A DNA stretch of 24,459 bases from Histomonas meleagridis 2922-C6/04-290x (taxonomy: Eukaryota > Protista > Parabasalia), in contig JAANOX010000133.1 of assembly GCA_020184695.1 (NCBI GenBank), positions 1-24,459 of the forward strand. The letters run 5' to 3'. A model generated the notes under the pieces. It saw nothing but the letters and a program-made list of their open reading frames with translations, had not been told where the DNA came from and searched no databases. Position numbers and translations under genes: made by a program. Position 1 is the stretch's first letter. Each line of letters opens with the position of its first letter. Positions 19,811 to 24,459 of this stretch are shown here, piece by piece.

Positions 19811-20364
19811 TGGAAGTGTGCCAACTGTTCCTTTTTTGTTCCCCTTTTTTGGCGGTTATTATCACAATTTCCCACTTTTTGATTGTGATGTACTGACAAC
19901 CGCCCAAAAAACAATTTTTTTAAAATTCCAAAAAATCCAAAAATTAAAAGTTAAAAATTTATAATTTTTATACCAAACTATAATAAATTATGTAAGAAAA
20001 GACGTAAATGCACTATTAATTTCATATAATTATTAATTTTTGATGTAATTATTGAGCATTAAAAAAATTTTATTTCTATTTTTAAAATTTATATATATGA
20101 TTAAATTTCCCATCTATTAAAACATATAAACTTTAAATTTTATTAAAAAAAATTGATTCTATGTTGATAAATATACTGACTTATTTTTAATTTTTTTCAT
20201 GTTTCGACTTTTTGTATGATGTAAAATATTTCAAATAAATATTTTGACTTCAAAAGTGGCATCTTTGTAATTTCAATTAGAAAACGTTTACATGAAAATA
20301 TTTGACCAAGTATGCATTCAAATACAAATATTTGTCAAAATATGTAGATTGTATTATTTATATC
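19811..20364 (+). repeat. Left inverted arm (554 bp)
   Basis: Begins TGGAAGTGTGCCAACTG and ends GTATTATTTATATC. Confidence 0.95.
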
Positions 20365-20540
20365 ATTTAGCTAAATTGATCATAATTGAAATGCTTGTTA
20401 TGATCGATCGAGCTCGCTTCAAATGTCCTTTTTTAATTATTCACTATTATTTCAAAACCATATAATCTTTTTAAACTATATGAAGAGATAATAATTGTGA
20501 TTAATTTCGATATGTGCTCACGACTCATGGATATTATGAA

Positions 20541-20920
20541 TTAATTATTCATTATGTATATTAATTATTCATGAGATATATTAATTATTCATTATATATA
20601 TTAATTATTTATTATATATATTAATTATTTATAATATATATTAATTATTAATGATATATATTGATTATTTATGATATATATTAATTATTTATGATATATA
20701 TTAATTATTTATGATATATATTAATTATTTATGATATATATTAATTATTTATAATATATATTAATTATTTATAATATATATTGATTATTTATAATATATA
20801 TTAATTATTTATGATATATATTAATTATTTATGATATATATTAATTATTTATGATATATATTAATTATTTATGATATATATTATATAATTATGATATATA
20901 TTAATTATTCATTATATATA
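20541..20920. repeat. 20-bp AT minisatellite, ~19 units
   Basis: Consensus TTAATTATTTATGATATATA with variants; followed by a shorter-period AT tract to ~20990. Confidence 0.93.
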
Positions 20921-21021
20921 TTAATTATATATAAATTATATATTAATTATATATTAATTATATATTAATTATATATTAATTATATATATTAATATATGTA
21001 AATTCAATCATTTATTATTTC

Positions 21022-21204
21022 AATTCCAATATTCATAATAATTCCAATATTCATAATAATTCCAATATTCATATTAATTCCAATATTCATATTAATTCCA
21101 ATATTCATATTAATTCCAATATTCATATTAATTTCAATATTCATATTAATTCCAATATTCATATTAATTCCAATATTCATATTAATTCCAATATTCATAT
21201 TAAT
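21022..21204. repeat. 18-bp minisatellite, ~10 units
   Basis: Consensus AATTCCAATATTCATATT; the source of the INMNIG pseudo-ORF. Confidence 0.93.
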
Positions 21205-21359
21205 CATTTATTATCTTAATTTTATATTATATATGTGGATCGGACGTATTTTAAATTGATTAGATTTAATATTTTTCTGGAAAATTCGTTCAATCAGCTA
21301 TAAATATGAGCTTTGGAGCTTGTAACATATATACTTAGATAGTAGTCCAGTGTTCAACA

Positions 21360-22332
<973 letters not shown>

Positions 22333-22375
22333 TTTTGTTGTATAAGTAATATGAATTCATTTTCATGTCACTTTC

Positions 22376-22926
22376 GATATAAATAATACAATCTACATAT
22401 TTTGACAAATATTTGTATTTGAATGCATACTTGGTCAAATATTTTCATGTAAACGTTTTCTAATTGAAATTACAAAGATGCCACTTTTGAAGTCAAAATA
22501 TTTATTTGAAATATTTTACATCATACAAAAAGTCGAAACATGAAAAAAATTAAAAATAAGTCAGTATATTTATCAACATAGAATCAATTTTTTTTAATAA
22601 AATTTAAAGTTTATATGTTTTAATAGATGGGAAATTTAATCATATATATAAATTTTAAAAATAGAAATAAAATTTTTAATGCTCAATAATTACATCAAAA
22701 TTAATAATTATATGAAATTAATAGTGCATTTACGTCTTTTCTTGCATAATTTATTATAGTTTGGTATAAAAATTATAAATTTTTAACTTTTAATTTTTGG
22801 ATTTTTTGGAATTTTAAAAAAATTGTTTTTTGGGCGGTTGTCAGTACATCACAATCAAAAAGTGGGAAATTGTGATAATAACCGCCAAAAAAGGGGAACA
22901 AAAGAGGGACAGTTGGCACACTTCCA
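22376..22926 (-). repeat. Right inverted arm (551 bp)
   Basis: Begins GATATAAATAATAC and ends CAGTTGGCACACTTCCA. Confidence 0.95.
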
Positions 22927-23985
22927 TACAAACGTATAAATGAACATTTCGAAAAAAAGAGGCAAAGAAAAAAGGTTAAAATAGAAGAGGTAAAAACAGA
23001 AGAAACGTCAAACGCCAAATATAATATAATAACATACAACAATGAACAAGTAATTTTATACGAACGAAAATTTCATTTACGAATTAGGAGATGCGTATGA
23101 AGATACAGTTTATATTGGTTTTACTTTAGATTAAATAACATTAAATAAATTTTTACCTGATGACGAAAAAGAAAATATTTGTCCAAAAGAAATATTTGAA
23201 TTAGGAACTAATATACATTATTATGGGACAATGAGGAAGACAATGATGTTTTATCAGAGAGAACAGTAGAATATGATCGTCAAGACTTCCTCAATCATAA
23301 CAAATAAAAAATTGAGAAATTGCGAAGGTTGCCATGCGCGGATATTAGAAAAAATTATCCTATTTATATATTTGATATTTTTAATTCAATAACTACCAAT
23401 TGGGAGATAATTCAGATAAATTGAAACACCTTTTTTTTGAAATAAAAAATTCATTAATACATATACTCAAAATGTTTTTATCTACATATAATAAATTAGT
23501 TCTTATTGCAGTAATACCTATCAAAATAGAAATATTCGAAATTGATAAAGATTTATATTTTGATGCAAATAATAATGAAATACAAATTAGACAAAATATA
23601 AAAATGCCTAAAATAATAATTAGCCGATCAGAATATATCAAGATATTATATAAATCAGATTATGTATTATATAACAAAAATGATAAAAAAAATAATATTA
23701 CAAAAATATTACCCAATACAATTTATAATTTATATTTAGAAAATATTATAGAATTTAATCCATTTTTATTAAAAGGTCATAATGTAAATGTTTCTGAAAT
23801 TAACATTGAAAATTATGAAATTAAAAATTTATTCCAGAATAATCAACAATATTTAGATTATAATGATATAAATAAATGGGTTAGAAAAAATACCCCAGAT
23901 CATTTAAAACTAATATCTAATGCTATTTTTATGGTTTGGTCATATGCGATTTTTTTTATAAATTTCTATGATAATTTCACAGAAG
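22927..23985 (+). pseudogene. Degenerate gene of unknown family
   Basis: Coding-like frames start right at the arm (YKRINEHFEKKRQRKKVKIEE..., LPDDEKENICPKEIFELG, WDNEEDNDVLSERTVEYD) and run into ORF 23400-24056, with several frameshifts. Confidence 0.5.
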
Positions 23986-23986
23986 A

Positions 23987-24001
23987 ACACACACACACAC
24001 A
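23987..24001. repeat. Short (AC)n microsatellite
   Basis: ACACACACACACACA. Confidence 0.85.
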
Positions 24002-24168
24002 GCGCTATGTGAGCTTCGTGCTACGCACTCGCTCCCACCCGCGCTACATAAACTAAAGGATGAACGGTGCAAACGCGGTTGATTTTCATAAATCGGTTGG
24101 TTTTGATTGAAAGTAATTAAATATATGTAAATTCATGATGTCATTTATTTTTTACATGTGTGAGGCAT

Positions 24169-24235
24169 GACAAACTAACTAACTAACTAACTAACTAAAA
24201 AAGTTATTAGCTAAAGGAAATTCGGAAAAGCTGAA
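24169..24235 (+). repeat. Direct repeat copy 1: GACAAA-(CTAA)6-AAAAGTTATTAGCTAAAGGAAATTCGGAAAAGCTGAA
   Basis: Identical to 24357-24459 except for the CTAA unit number. Confidence 0.95.
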
Positions 24236-24356
24236 TGAGTTTCTCCATTTTAGTGATTTGACGTGAATATTGCATGTTTACTGGAGCTGATGATGATAAC
24301 GGATGAGTTGTCGTTAATGCTACGTGGAAAGTTGTGTTTTCATTATTTTTTAACAC

Positions 24357-24359
24357 GAC

Positions 24360-24422
<63 letters not shown>

Positions 24423-24459
24423 AAAAGTTATTAGCTAAAGGAAATTCGGAAAAGCTGAA
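24357..24459 (+). repeat. Direct repeat copy 2 with (CTAA)15; runs off the window end
   Basis: Starts 188 bp after copy 1. Confidence 0.95.

Noticed and set aside
20541-21204. CRISPR-like appearance of the regular arrays
   Set aside because: The units are contiguous with no unique spacers, there are no cas genes, and the context is eukaryotic.
21004-21207. INMNIG-repeat ORF
   Set aside because: It is the translation of the 18-bp minisatellite.
22773-23042. 89-aa minus-strand ORF
   Set aside because: It straddles the inverted-repeat boundary and is antisense to the coding-like remnant.
24363-24422. (CTAA)n as a telomere
   Set aside because: The tracts are short, internal and followed by the same non-repetitive sequence in both copies.

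Overview
AT-rich eukaryotic DNA, probably from a parabasalid/trichomonad-like protist (inference from intronless genes, TCA[C/T][A/T] initiator motifs just upstream of ATGs, and the KilA-N, HNH and Maverick-type gene families). It is mostly a nest of decaying mobile elements around one intact host gene. From left to right: (i) a ~145-bp GC-rich hairpin unit at 1-144, with a diverged inverted copy at 15874-16002 whose stem changes are compensatory; (ii) remains of a Polinton/Maverick-like endogenous virus at ~145-7187, comprising a coiled-coil gene, a 5'-truncated putative major capsid protein (MCP), an HNH endonuclease, KilA-N, a probable C-terminal fragment of protein-primed PolB, and hypothetical genes; (iii) a pseudogenised Helitron Rep/PIF1 helicase at ~7478-12225; (iv) an intact AP-1 gamma-adaptin gene at 12381-14672; (v) a second virus-like module at ~16806-19400, with two tandem amphipathic-helix genes resembling adenovirus protein VI, head-to-head with a second, divergent MCP paralog; (vi) a 3.1-kb foldback element at 19811-22926 with ~550-bp near-identical inverted arms around four satellite arrays; (vii) a degenerate gene and tandem (CTAA)n-linked repeats at the right end. 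All family calls come from motifs read by eye; no database search was run.
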